A stretch of DNA of 37,976 nt from a virus (taxonomy: Duplodnaviria > Caudoviricetes): positions 1 to 37,976 of IMG/VR virus record IMGVR_UViG_3300028588_000806; one strand, 5' to 3'. The position numbers were made by a program, and so were the translations under genes. A model generated the notes under the pieces. It saw only the letters and a list, made by a program, of their open reading frames with translations. It was not told the DNA's origin and ran no database searches. Below, one piece after another: positions 16,496-24,801 of the stretch (its first letter is position 1; each line of letters starts with the position of its first letter).

Positions 16496-17257
16496 ATGAG
16501 AAAACGTCTGAATTCGATGTTGCGGCAGATAGGCACGGCCTATCCATACACGCTCACTAATGCCTCGCCAGTGTACAAATTCGTTAACAAAGAGTATCTG
16601 GAGAGTCTGTTCACGCTCGGCGACATAAGGTTAGGCACCCTTCATAATTTTCGGAGAACCGAACAGCACGGCTTGAATCGAGGCGATAGTGTTGAAGGAA
16701 GGAACACCGTTCGACTTCATGTCGACCACCTGGAAGATCCGAAGGATGGGTTCGCTAAACGTTTTCTCGGACTGGGCGACGGCTGCACGCTATCAAATGT
16801 TTCCCTACAAGAAACTCGCAATTGGCCTGATGCATATGTTTTCTGCGCGAGTACCGCGTATTCCGAATCCGCTTTTCGGCGATGGCACGCTGAAGAGAAA
16901 ACCGATGCATGCTACGAGATCTTCGACCCAACGAGTTTCGCTCGAGCCATCTCGCAGGCAGTTCAGCACCGTGCTTACTGTAGCGGCTTTGCGAAGATCG
17001 ATTATGTAGACGGTGATATAGACGGGGCGACGAAACTTCATGCAACGCCTGCGCCATGGATAAAACAGCGTAAGTACGACTGGCAGACTGAATATCGATG
17101 GGTTTGGACACACAAGGCTCCAGCAGTTGATGTGGCACCGAAAAACATAGTTATCCCAGATCTACAGCGCTTTTGCAGACCAGTAGCACGTCTGATTGAT
17201 GGCAAAATCGTATATCTCTCGAAAGATTTTCTTGACAGCCGGAAATCCCCGGCGTAA
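16496..17257 (+). CDS. Low-GC moron, hypothetical protein with DUF2971/AbiGi-like motifs
   Basis: Atypical codon usage; VYKF, GDxxEG, YVFCAS, IDY and KxxxYxWQxEYR motifs; start position uncertain. Confidence 0.6.
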   Translation: MRKRLNSMLRQIGTAYPYTLTNASPVYKFVNKEYLESLFTLGDIRLGTLHNFRRTEQHGLNRGDSVEGRNTVRLHVDHLEDPKDGFAKRFLGLGDGCTLSNVSLQETRNWPDAYVFCASTAYSESAFRRWHAEEKTDACYEIFDPTSFARAISQAVQHRAYCSGFAKIDYVDGDIDGATKLHATPAPWIKQRKYDWQTEYRWVWTHKAPAVDVAPKNIVIPDLQRFCRPVARLIDGKIVYLSKDFLDSRKSPA

Positions 17258-17260
17258 ATT
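17232..17260 (+). promoter_or_regulatory. Late promoter (PR'-like)
   Basis: TTGACA-17nt-TAAATT; spacer contains dyad GCCGG..CCGGC; -10-like TTAATT at 17273-17278. Confidence 0.7.
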
Positions 17261-17343
17261 CCGCATCACAACTTAATTCCGTCCAGAAATTCGACGTGTT
17301 AGCGTTCCCTGATGGGAGCCCTCCGCGCACCTGGCGAATCCCG

Positions 17344-17377
17344 AAGCCCCGCAGTCAGCGATGACGCGGGGCTTTTT
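17344..17377 (+). terminator. tR'-like terminator
   Basis: AAGCCCCGC-A-GTCA-GCGA-TGAC-GCGGGGCTT followed by TTT. Confidence 0.8.
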
Positions 17378-17444
17378 GCTTTCCGATCACTGACCAGCGA
17401 GGGCGATATGCACAAGTAAAGCCATGATCGGCTGTTCTGCCGCA

Positions 17445-17624
17445 CGCCGGCAGCGTAGAGCGCGACGAAACGCGCACGGGGCTAGGCCTGCCCGAGGAGT
17501 GCCGGAGCCCCCGCCCGGCCAGACTTCGAAGACGGCACCCACGACTACGTGAACATGACCTGGCGTTGGCCAGACAGCCGGCGCGATACCCGCGCTGCCG
17601 GCGCCGGACGCTGTAACCGGCCCC
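17445..17624 (+). ncRNA. Candidate structured RNA in the late leader
   Basis: 11-bp closing stem (17445-17455 / 17593-17603) around several hairpins, followed by GCCGG-ACGCTGTAA-CCGGC. Confidence 0.45.
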
Positions 17625-17668
17625 CTCTTCCTCTCCGTGTTCTCCCTTGCTTCTGCCATGAAGCCTTG

Positions 17669-17705
17669 TGGCCCGGCCAGCACCACGCTGCCGGGCCATT
17701 TTTTT
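17669..17705 (+). terminator. Second late-leader terminator, just before the small terminase gene
   Basis: TGGCCCGG...CCGGGCCA stem followed by T7. Confidence 0.7.
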
Positions 17706-17716
17706 GACCGAATACC

Positions 17717-18160
17717 ATGACCGCGACCACCTACACGCCCGAGCTGGCCGCCAAGTTCTGCGCGGTGATCGCCGACGGCAAGACCATCCGCGCGGCCTGC
17801 AAGCTCGACGGAATGCCCAGCAAGGCCACGATCTTCCGCTGGCTGCGCGAGCACGCCGAGTTCGAGAAGATGTACGAGCTGGCCACCGACGAGCGCGCCG
17901 ACACCCTCATCGACGAGATCGTCGACATCGCCGACAACTGCCGCGTCGACGCCGACTCGATCCGCAAGGCCAAGCTGCGCATCCACGCCCGGGTCGAGCA
18001 GGCCCAGCGCATGAAGCCGCGCAAGTACGGCAACAAGATGCAGCTGACCGGCGAAGGTGGCGGCCCGGTCCAGCACCAGGTCGGCAAGCTGTCGGACGAC
18101 GAACTCGATGCCAAGATCGCCGCGATGACCGCGGCCACCGGCCATGACGGCGGCGAGTAG
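17717..18160 (+). CDS. Terminase small subunit (Sf6 gp1-like)
   Basis: YTPELA, MPSKATIFRWL, IVDIAD and PRKYG motifs; precedes the large subunit. Confidence 0.85.
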   Translation: MTATTYTPELAAKFCAVIADGKTIRAACKLDGMPSKATIFRWLREHAEFEKMYELATDERADTLIDEIVDIADNCRVDADSIRKAKLRIHARVEQAQRMKPRKYGNKMQLTGEGGGPVQHQVGKLSDDELDAKIAAMTAATGHDGGE

Positions 18161-19598
18161 GGCCGAGCGCGAGCTGCTGCTGGCCATGCTCCAGGAGCGC
18201 GAGCGCCGCGCCCGGGTCTACCGGTACCGCCGCATGTATGCCGAGCTGTACGCCTGGCAGCGAGAGTTCGTGGCCAACACCCTCACCTACTCGCAGGTCT
18301 GCCTGATCGCCGCCAACCGGATCGGCAAGACCTACACCGGCACCTACATCGATGCAATCCACGCACTGGGCGACTACCCGAACGACTGGGAAGGCCACAC
18401 GTTCGGCCACGCCCCGTTGATCTGGTGCCTGGGCTACTCCGGCGAGAAGACGCGCGACCTGCTGCAGGAGCCGATCCTGGGCAGGAAGGACGGCAGCAAG
18501 TTCGCCGGCGGCCTGATTCCACCCGAGCACATCAAGGACTACGAGTCCATGGCCGGCACGCCGAATGCGCTGCGCACCGTGTACGTGCGCCAGATCGGCG
18601 GCGGCGACGTGCAGGCCGACGACGCGGCGATCCAGTTCTGGTCGTACAGCCAGGGCCAGCACGCGCTGATGGGCGACAGCGTCGACTGGTTCCACATCGA
18701 CGAGGAGCCGACCGACAAGGACATCTTCCCCCAGGTGCTGGTGCGGACCGCGACCGGCGATAAGGGCGCCGGCGGGCGCGGGATCCTGACCTTTACCCCG
18801 GAGAACGGCCGCACCGGCCTGGTCATCCAGTTCATGGACAGCCCGTCGCCGGCCCAGGTCTACATGCAAAAGGGCTGGGACGACGCGCCCCACCTGAGCG
18901 ACTCGGCCAAGACAAACCTGCTGGCCAGCTTCCCCGCGCACCAGCGCGACATGCGAACAAAAGGAGTCCCGATGCTGGGGCATGGACGAATCTATGACAT
19001 GGCCGAGGACGCGATCACCTGCGAGCCGTTCGACATCCCGAAGCACTTCCGCGTCATCGATGGCATGGACTTCGGCTGGGACCACCCGCAGGCGCAGGTG
19101 CAGCTGGTGTTCGATCCAGAGGGCGACATGTTCTACGTCACCAAGGCCTGGAAGAAGGCGAACACCAAGCCGATCGAGGCCTGGGGTGCGGTCAAGTCGT
19201 GGGCGCAAGGCGTGCCCACCGCCTGGCCAGCCGACGGCCTGCAGACCGAGAAGGGCAGTGCGAAGCAGCAGAAGGCCTACTACGAGGAGGCCGGCTTCAA
19301 CATGATCTTCGAGCAGGCCACCTGGCCAGACGGCGGCAACGGCGTCGAGGCCGGCCTGTTCGAGATCCGCGACCTGATGCTGAGCGGCCGCTTCAAGGTG
19401 TTCGCCGGCCTGCGCGACTTCTTCGACGAGTTCCTGCAGTACCACCGGGACCCGAAGGGAAAGATCTCGAAGGTGCGCGACGACATCCTGGACGCCGTGC
19501 GCTACGCCTACATGATGCGGCGCCACGCGATCGCATACGGCGACATCAATAAACCGTGGGGCGGCAGCCTCACTTACCGATCACTTGGAAGCACCTGA
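18144..19598 (+). CDS. Terminase large subunit (P22 gp2-like)
   Basis: Walker A AANRIGKT, Walker B FHIDEEP, TFTPE, nuclease motifs GMDFGWDHP and DDILDAVRY. Confidence 0.93.
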   Translation: MTAASRAERELLLAMLQERERRARVYRYRRMYAELYAWQREFVANTLTYSQVCLIAANRIGKTYTGTYIDAIHALGDYPNDWEGHTFGHAPLIWCLGYSGEKTRDLLQEPILGRKDGSKFAGGLIPPEHIKDYESMAGTPNALRTVYVRQIGGGDVQADDAAIQFWSYSQGQHALMGDSVDWFHIDEEPTDKDIFPQVLVRTATGDKGAGGRGILTFTPENGRTGLVIQFMDSPSPAQVYMQKGWDDAPHLSDSAKTNLLASFPAHQRDMRTKGVPMLGHGRIYDMAEDAITCEPFDIPKHFRVIDGMDFGWDHPQAQVQLVFDPEGDMFYVTKAWKKANTKPIEAWGAVKSWAQGVPTAWPADGLQTEKGSAKQQKAYYEEAGFNMIFEQATWPDGGNGVEAGLFEIRDLMLSGRFKVFAGLRDFFDEFLQYHRDPKGKISKVRDDILDAVRYAYMMRRHAIAYGDINKPWGGSLTYRSLGST

Positions 19599-21880
19599 TG
19601 GCAAAAATGACAGACGACCAGCTGCGCGCGCTCACCGACGCCGAGATGCAGGACGCCAGCGCGTATTCCGGCCATGCCGGGCTGCTGGCCGCAGCGCGCG
19701 CCAAGGCCGAGATTTACTTCCAGGGGCTGCCGAAGGGCGACCTGGCGCCGCCGCAGATCGAGGGCCGCTCGTCGGTCGTCGACACCACCGTGGCCAACAC
19801 CGTGCTCGGCATGCACGGCCCGCTGATGAAAATCTTTTGCGGTACCGACCACGTTGTCGAGTTCGAGGAGACCCAGCCCGAAGACGCCGGCAAGGCCAAG
19901 CAGGCCACCGAATACCTCAACTACCTGCTGCGCAAGAAGAACCCGGGCTACAGCATCATCTACACCTGGATCTTCGATGCGCTCAAGTCGAAGGTCGGCT
20001 TCATCAAGGTGTGGTGGGACGACAAGCCCGTCGAGACGACCGAGGAGTACCGCGGCCAGACCGACGTGCAGCTGGCCATCCTGCTTGAGGACGACGAGAT
20101 CGAGGTTACCGGTCAGCGCGCCTATGTCGACGAGGACTTGGCGGCCCAGCGCGCAAAGGTACTCGAGCAGGCCGCACAGCAGCTCACGCAGATGGCGGCC
20201 GGCGATCCGGCACAGTATGCGCAGGCGCAGCAGCAGTTCGCAGCGATGCAGCAGCAGCCGGAGTCGATGCTGTACGACGTCACCGTTAAGCGCACCCGCA
20301 CGGGCGGCAAGGTCTGCATCGAGAACATCCCGCCCGACGAGATGTTCGTCTCGCGCAGTTGCAAGGACATCGACGACGACACCTTCAAGGGTCACCGCGT
20401 GCGCCGCACGATCGGATACCTGCGCGGCCGCGGCTATGCCAATGTCGACGAGATCAGCGCTGATGACGAGCCAAACGCACCAGAGGCGCAGGAACGCGAT
20501 CCGTACGGCCTGCAGGTGAACCTGAACGCGCCGGCGGAAGGGCAGGATCCAGAAGCACGCCTGGTCTGGGTCGAAGAGTGCTATGTGCATGGCGACCTCG
20601 ATGGCGATGGCGCCGGACTGTTCAAGGTGGTGCGCGCCGGCGGCCAGATCCTCGATCGCGAGCGGGTGGATGCAAACCCGTTCGTCGACCTGGCGTCGAT
20701 CCCCCTGCCCCACCAGTTCTTCGGCTGGTGCCCGGCCGACCTGGCCATCCCGCACCAGAAGATCAAGACCAACCTCAAGCGCTCGGTGCTCGACAACCTG
20801 TACCTCCAGGTGAACGGGCGCTACTTCGCCGTCGACAACCAGGTGAACCTCGACGACCTGCTGAACAGCCGGCCGGGCGGCATCGTGCGGGTGAAGACAC
20901 CGGGGGCCGTCGGGCGCCTGGACCAGGGCGTGGGCGACGTCGGCAGCGCGATGAGCATGATGGAAGCTGCCGAGCGCGACGCCGAGGAGGCGACCGGCTG
21001 GACGCGGCAGAGCCAGGGTGGCGGCATGCAAGTAATGCAGACCGCCACGCAGTCGAACATCGTCACCAACCGCGCGGACGGCCGCATCGAGCTGATCGCC
21101 CGGACCATGGCCGAAACCGGCTTCGCGCGCCTGTTCACGAAGATGCTGCGCCTGGTCACCCAGTACCAGAACAAGTCGCAGCAAGTGAAGCTATCGGGCA
21201 ACTGGGTCGACATCGATCCGCGCGAGTGGACGAACCAGTTCGACATGAGCCCGGGCGTTGGCCTCGGTACCGGCAACAAGGATCAGCAGGTCCAGCACCT
21301 GATGGCGCTCAAGCAGTCGCAGGTCCAGGCGCTGCAGATCGGCTACGCCACGCCGGCCAACCTGTATGCGGCCGACAAGAAGCTGACCGAGGCCTTGGGC
21401 TTCCGGAACACCGACCAGTTCTTCACCGACCCGGCGCAGATGCCGGCGCGGCCGCCACAGCAGGATCCGGCGGCGATGAAGGCGCAGATGGACGACCAGG
21501 CGCACCAACGCGAAATGCAGCACAAGGCGCAGCTGGCGCAGGCCGATCGCGAGATCGCGCTGGAGACCGAACGCATCCGCGCCCAGGTGCAGATGCAGGT
21601 CGACCGCAATCGGCAGGAGCTCGAGGCCGAACGCCAGCGCATGGACATCGAGAACGAAGCCCGGCTCGCCGAGCTGCGCGAGCAGCACGCGCACGAGCAG
21701 CACCTGGCGCGCCTGCAGTTGCAGCGCGAGCAGATGGAATTCGAGCGTTACAAGATCGACCTGGTCGAACGCACGAAGATCGTCACGGCGCAGATCGCGG
21801 CCGGCCAGCAAAACGACCCGACGCTCACCGCGGCGGAAGACGCAGCAAACATGGGAGCAGCAGCCAATGGCAGCGCTTGA
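19598..21880 (+). CDS. Portal protein (podovirus type, long C-terminal coiled coil)
   Basis: 760 aa; follows terminase with TGATG overlap; GRSSVV, DAL..KVG..KVWW, RPGGIVR motifs; Gln/Glu-rich helical tail. Confidence 0.88.
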   Translation: MAKMTDDQLRALTDAEMQDASAYSGHAGLLAAARAKAEIYFQGLPKGDLAPPQIEGRSSVVDTTVANTVLGMHGPLMKIFCGTDHVVEFEETQPEDAGKAKQATEYLNYLLRKKNPGYSIIYTWIFDALKSKVGFIKVWWDDKPVETTEEYRGQTDVQLAILLEDDEIEVTGQRAYVDEDLAAQRAKVLEQAAQQLTQMAAGDPAQYAQAQQQFAAMQQQPESMLYDVTVKRTRTGGKVCIENIPPDEMFVSRSCKDIDDDTFKGHRVRRTIGYLRGRGYANVDEISADDEPNAPEAQERDPYGLQVNLNAPAEGQDPEARLVWVEECYVHGDLDGDGAGLFKVVRAGGQILDRERVDANPFVDLASIPLPHQFFGWCPADLAIPHQKIKTNLKRSVLDNLYLQVNGRYFAVDNQVNLDDLLNSRPGGIVRVKTPGAVGRLDQGVGDVGSAMSMMEAAERDAEEATGWTRQSQGGGMQVMQTATQSNIVTNRADGRIELIARTMAETGFARLFTKMLRLVTQYQNKSQQVKLSGNWVDIDPREWTNQFDMSPGVGLGTGNKDQQVQHLMALKQSQVQALQIGYATPANLYAADKKLTEALGFRNTDQFFTDPAQMPARPPQQDPAAMKAQMDDQAHQREMQHKAQLAQADREIALETERIRAQVQMQVDRNRQELEAERQRMDIENEARLAELREQHAHEQHLARLQLQREQMEFERYKIDLVERTKIVTAQIAAGQQNDPTLTAAEDAANMGAAANGSA

Positions 21881-22172
21881 GCAACGAGTTTACGACGGTG
21901 ACCAGGCACGCCTGGTCTTGGAAAACCCGGCCTTCGCCAAGGCGTTCGCCGATATCGAAGAGGAGCACATCGAAGCATGGAAAAACAGCCCAGCAAGGGA
22001 CGCCGCGGGGCGCGAAACCCTGTGGACGACGGTCAAGCTGCTGCACAAGCTGCGGCTGACCCTGGAAGCGGCAATGACGGACGGGAAGCTGGCGAAGATC
22101 GAGCTGGCGCGGCAGGAGGAGATCCTGTCGCAGGACCGCCAGCAGGGCATGCAGTTGCATGGCCAGTACTGA
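21867..22172 (+). CDS. Small hypothetical head-module protein
   Basis: 101 aa between portal and scaffold (QARLVLENPAF...W..SP...RE.LW); RBS GGAG. Confidence 0.75.
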   Translation: MAALEQRVYDGDQARLVLENPAFAKAFADIEEEHIEAWKNSPARDAAGRETLWTTVKLLHKLRLTLEAAMTDGKLAKIELARQEEILSQDRQQGMQLHGQY

Positions 22173-22363
22173 CCGCGCGCGTGCTCGCTGAGCCTCGCTT
22201 CGTCACCCGCATCTGGCACCCGGCGCCCGAGGGTGGCCCTCTGTTCGACACCCGCGCCGGCGCCGGCATCAATGCCGAGGTCCTGATCGGCGATCCCGCC
22301 TACCAGGTCACCACCGGCGACATCATCACCATCACCGACGAGGTTCCGGCAACGGAATCCTGA
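21977..22363 (+). CDS. Hypothetical protein overlapping the previous gene in another frame
   Basis: 3' part (22173-22363) fills the gap to the scaffold gene with good codon bias; the only in-frame ATG is at 21977, with GAGGAG upstream. Confidence 0.5.
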   Translation: MEKQPSKGRRGARNPVDDGQAAAQAAADPGSGNDGREAGEDRAGAAGGDPVAGPPAGHAVAWPVLTARVLAEPRFVTRIWHPAPEGGPLFDTRAGAGINAEVLIGDPAYQVTTGDIITITDEVPATES

Positions 22364-22373
22364 AAGGCCATCA

Positions 22374-23438
22374 ATGCACCCGAAATTCTGGAAATTCCCC
22401 GGCGCCGCCTACCGTGAGCAAGCCACTGGCGCCGAGGGCGGCGGCTCGGCCGGCGGCAGCGGTCCGCTCGATACCCAAAGCGCGGCCGCGGCGTTCGAAG
22501 CCCGACTAAGCGACGAGCCTGCACCAGCAGCCGCGGCAGCGCCGGCGGCACCAGCTTCCACCGGCGAGGCGCAGGCTGCCGCACCGGAAGGCGAGAGGGA
22601 AGACCAGGCAGCCGAACGCCTGGCGCTCGAGCAGGCGAATGGCGACGGCGGCGCAGCTGCTGACGGCGCCGCCGCACCGCAGGTCTTCACGATCAAGGTC
22701 GACGGTAAGGACGTCGCCCTGACCGCCGACCAGGTGGCCGAAGCCTACAAGGGCCAGGCGCGCGCTGCCGAGGCACAGCAGCAGACACAGGCCGCAGCCG
22801 CAGCGCGCCAGGCGGCCAATGCAGAGACCGCCCAGGCGCGGGCGCAGCGCGACGAGTACGCCTCGAAGCTGGAAGCGTTCTCCGGCCAAGGCAATTTCGA
22901 GCTGAACTCCCTGCGGGCGCAGCTCACCGAGGAATTGCTGCACGCCGATCCGGTTGCCTACCTCGCCACCCAGCGCGCCATCGAGCAGCGGCAGGCGCAG
23001 CTTGCCCAGGTCGACCAGGAACTGCAGAAGATCACCGGCCAACGCCAGGGTGAGCAGGCCGAAGCGCTGCGCAATCACATCACCCAACAGCAGGAGCAGC
23101 TTCTGTCCAAGCTGCCGGAATGGAAAGACCCGGCCAAGGCCAAGGCGGGCGCCGAGAGCGTGAAGGCGTATCTCGCCGCCCAAGGCTTCGCGCCGGAAGA
23201 GATGGGATTCACCGATCACCGCGCGATCGTGCTGGCCAACAAGGCAATGCAGTACGACGCCCTGATGGAGCGCGCACGCGGCCACGTCAAGAAGGTCGCC
23301 AGCGCGCCGCCGAAGGTCGAGCGCCCAGGTAACGCTGAAACCGGCCCGAAGCCGGGTGACGGCCGCACCACGGCCATGAAGCAACTGAAACAAAGCGGCT
23401 CGGTGGACGCCGCTGCTGCGGCGTTCATGCAGTTTTAA
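22374..23438 (+). CDS. Capsid scaffolding protein
   Basis: Acidic/Ala-rich N-terminus, IKVDGKDV, coiled coil, LPEWKD; immediately upstream of the capsid gene. Confidence 0.8.
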   Translation: MHPKFWKFPGAAYREQATGAEGGGSAGGSGPLDTQSAAAAFEARLSDEPAPAAAAAPAAPASTGEAQAAAPEGEREDQAAERLALEQANGDGGAAADGAAAPQVFTIKVDGKDVALTADQVAEAYKGQARAAEAQQQTQAAAAARQAANAETAQARAQRDEYASKLEAFSGQGNFELNSLRAQLTEELLHADPVAYLATQRAIEQRQAQLAQVDQELQKITGQRQGEQAEALRNHITQQQEQLLSKLPEWKDPAKAKAGAESVKAYLAAQGFAPEEMGFTDHRAIVLANKAMQYDALMERARGHVKKVASAPPKVERPGNAETGPKPGDGRTTAMKQLKQSGSVDAAAAAFMQF

Positions 23439-23472
23439 CCACCACACCCTCTCAATTTTTTCGGAGTAATCC

Positions 23473-24408
23473 ATGCCAGCACCAACCAACACCTACGCCT
23501 CGACTGCCGCTGTCGGCAACCGCGAGGATCTGACCGACATCATCGACATGATCACGCCGACCGAGACGCCGTTCTACTCGATGATCGGCAAGGGCAAGGC
23601 CACCGGCACCCTGCACGAATGGCAGACCCAGGCACTGCGCGCGGCGAAGGACAACGCGCAGCTCGAAGGCGACGACACCACCTCGACCGTCGTCACCCCG
23701 CAGATCCGCCTGGGCAACTACACCCAGATCCTGAAGGAAGCGGCCAGCGTCACCGGCACGCAGGAAGGCGTCGACAAGGCCGGCCAGAAGTCGGAAATGG
23801 CCAAGCAGATGGCCCTGAAGTCGGCCGAGATGAAGCTCGACCTGGAATTCGCCCTGACCCGCAACGGCGTCGCCGCCGGTGGCGCAACCCGTCGCCTGCG
23901 CGGTCTGGTCGGCTTCATGGACGTGGCCAACGTGAACGCCGGTGCAGGCTATGTGGCACCGAACTACCTGCCGGCCGGTAACGTCGCACAGACCGACGGT
24001 ACCGCCCGCGCGTTCACCGAATCCCAGTTCAAGGACGTGCTGCAGAAAGTCTACGTGTCCGGCGGCCGCCCGAACGTGGCCATGATGGGCCCGTCGCAGA
24101 AGCAGACCTTCTCGACCTTCACCGGAAACTCGACCCGCCGCGTCGATGCCGAGGACGAGAAGCTGTACGCCTCGGTCGACGTATACGTGTCCGACTTCGG
24201 CACCATCAAGGCGGTGATCAACCTGCAGCAGCGCGCGCGTGACGTGTTCATCCTGCAGTCGGACAAATGGAAGTTCGCCACCCTGCGCCCGTGGCAGAAA
24301 ACGCCGCTGGCCAAGACCGGCGACAGCGAGCGCAACCAGATCCTGCTGGAAGGCACGCTGGAGGCGATCAACCCGAAATCGAGCGGCGCCGTGCTCGACG
24401 TCCTGTAA
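23473..24408 (+). CDS. Major capsid protein (DUF5309/SU10-like family)
   Basis: GNREDLTDII..ITPTETPF, HEWQT..L, NYTQI, Y.SDFG and LAKTGD motifs; very strong codon bias; followed by a terminator. Confidence 0.9.
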   Translation: MPAPTNTYASTAAVGNREDLTDIIDMITPTETPFYSMIGKGKATGTLHEWQTQALRAAKDNAQLEGDDTTSTVVTPQIRLGNYTQILKEAASVTGTQEGVDKAGQKSEMAKQMALKSAEMKLDLEFALTRNGVAAGGATRRLRGLVGFMDVANVNAGAGYVAPNYLPAGNVAQTDGTARAFTESQFKDVLQKVYVSGGRPNVAMMGPSQKQTFSTFTGNSTRRVDAEDEKLYASVDVYVSDFGTIKAVINLQQRARDVFILQSDKWKFATLRPWQKTPLAKTGDSERNQILLEGTLEAINPKSSGAVLDVL

Positions 24409-24427
24409 TCCATCCGATCGCAGCACC

Positions 24428-24455
24428 AGGCGGCCCTGCGGGGTCGCCTTTTTTT
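24428..24455 (+). terminator. Terminator after the major capsid gene
   Basis: AGGCGGCCC-TGCG-GGGTCGCCT followed by a T-run. Confidence 0.8.
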
Positions 24456-24472
24456 CGTCCATTGGGAGCGTC

Positions 24473-24775
24473 ATGACCCTCAAGAAATTCAGCCCGGCCG
24501 ATGGCGGCGACGCCACCGTCATGCTCGCGGCCACCGCCACCACGGCGCGCGCTGCTGTCGACCGGACCAGCAATGCGGTGCGCATCGTCAACGACGGCGC
24601 GTCGACGGCATTCCTGCAGTTCGGCGACGCCACCGCAGCGGCCACGGTGACCGACATGCCGATCAAGGCCGGCACCACCGAGATCTTCACCAAAGGCGCC
24701 ACGACCCATATCGCGGCCATCTGCGCCACCGGCGCCACGACCACCCTGTACTTCACCAGCGGCGAAGGCCTGTAG
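24473..24775 (+). CDS. Small beta-rich virion protein (possible capsid decoration)
   Basis: 100 aa, Ala/Thr-rich; ATG at 24473 with RBS GGGAG; VRIVNDG...LYFTSGEG. Confidence 0.65.
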   Translation: MTLKKFSPADGGDATVMLAATATTARAAVDRTSNAVRIVNDGASTAFLQFGDATAAATVTDMPIKAGTTEIFTKGATTHIAAICATGATTTLYFTSGEGL

Positions 24776-24801
24776 GCCCGCTGCATCACCTGGAGAATCC
24801 C

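Noticed and set aside
17387-18187. Minus-strand ORFs across the late leader and terS
   Set aside because: Antisense to terS with no motifs; the leader is better explained by RNA structure.
24239-24472. Capsid read-through or frameshift into the next gene
   Set aside because: The capsid gene ends in TAA followed by a terminator, the next gene has its own RBS and ATG at 24473, and no slippery site was noticed.
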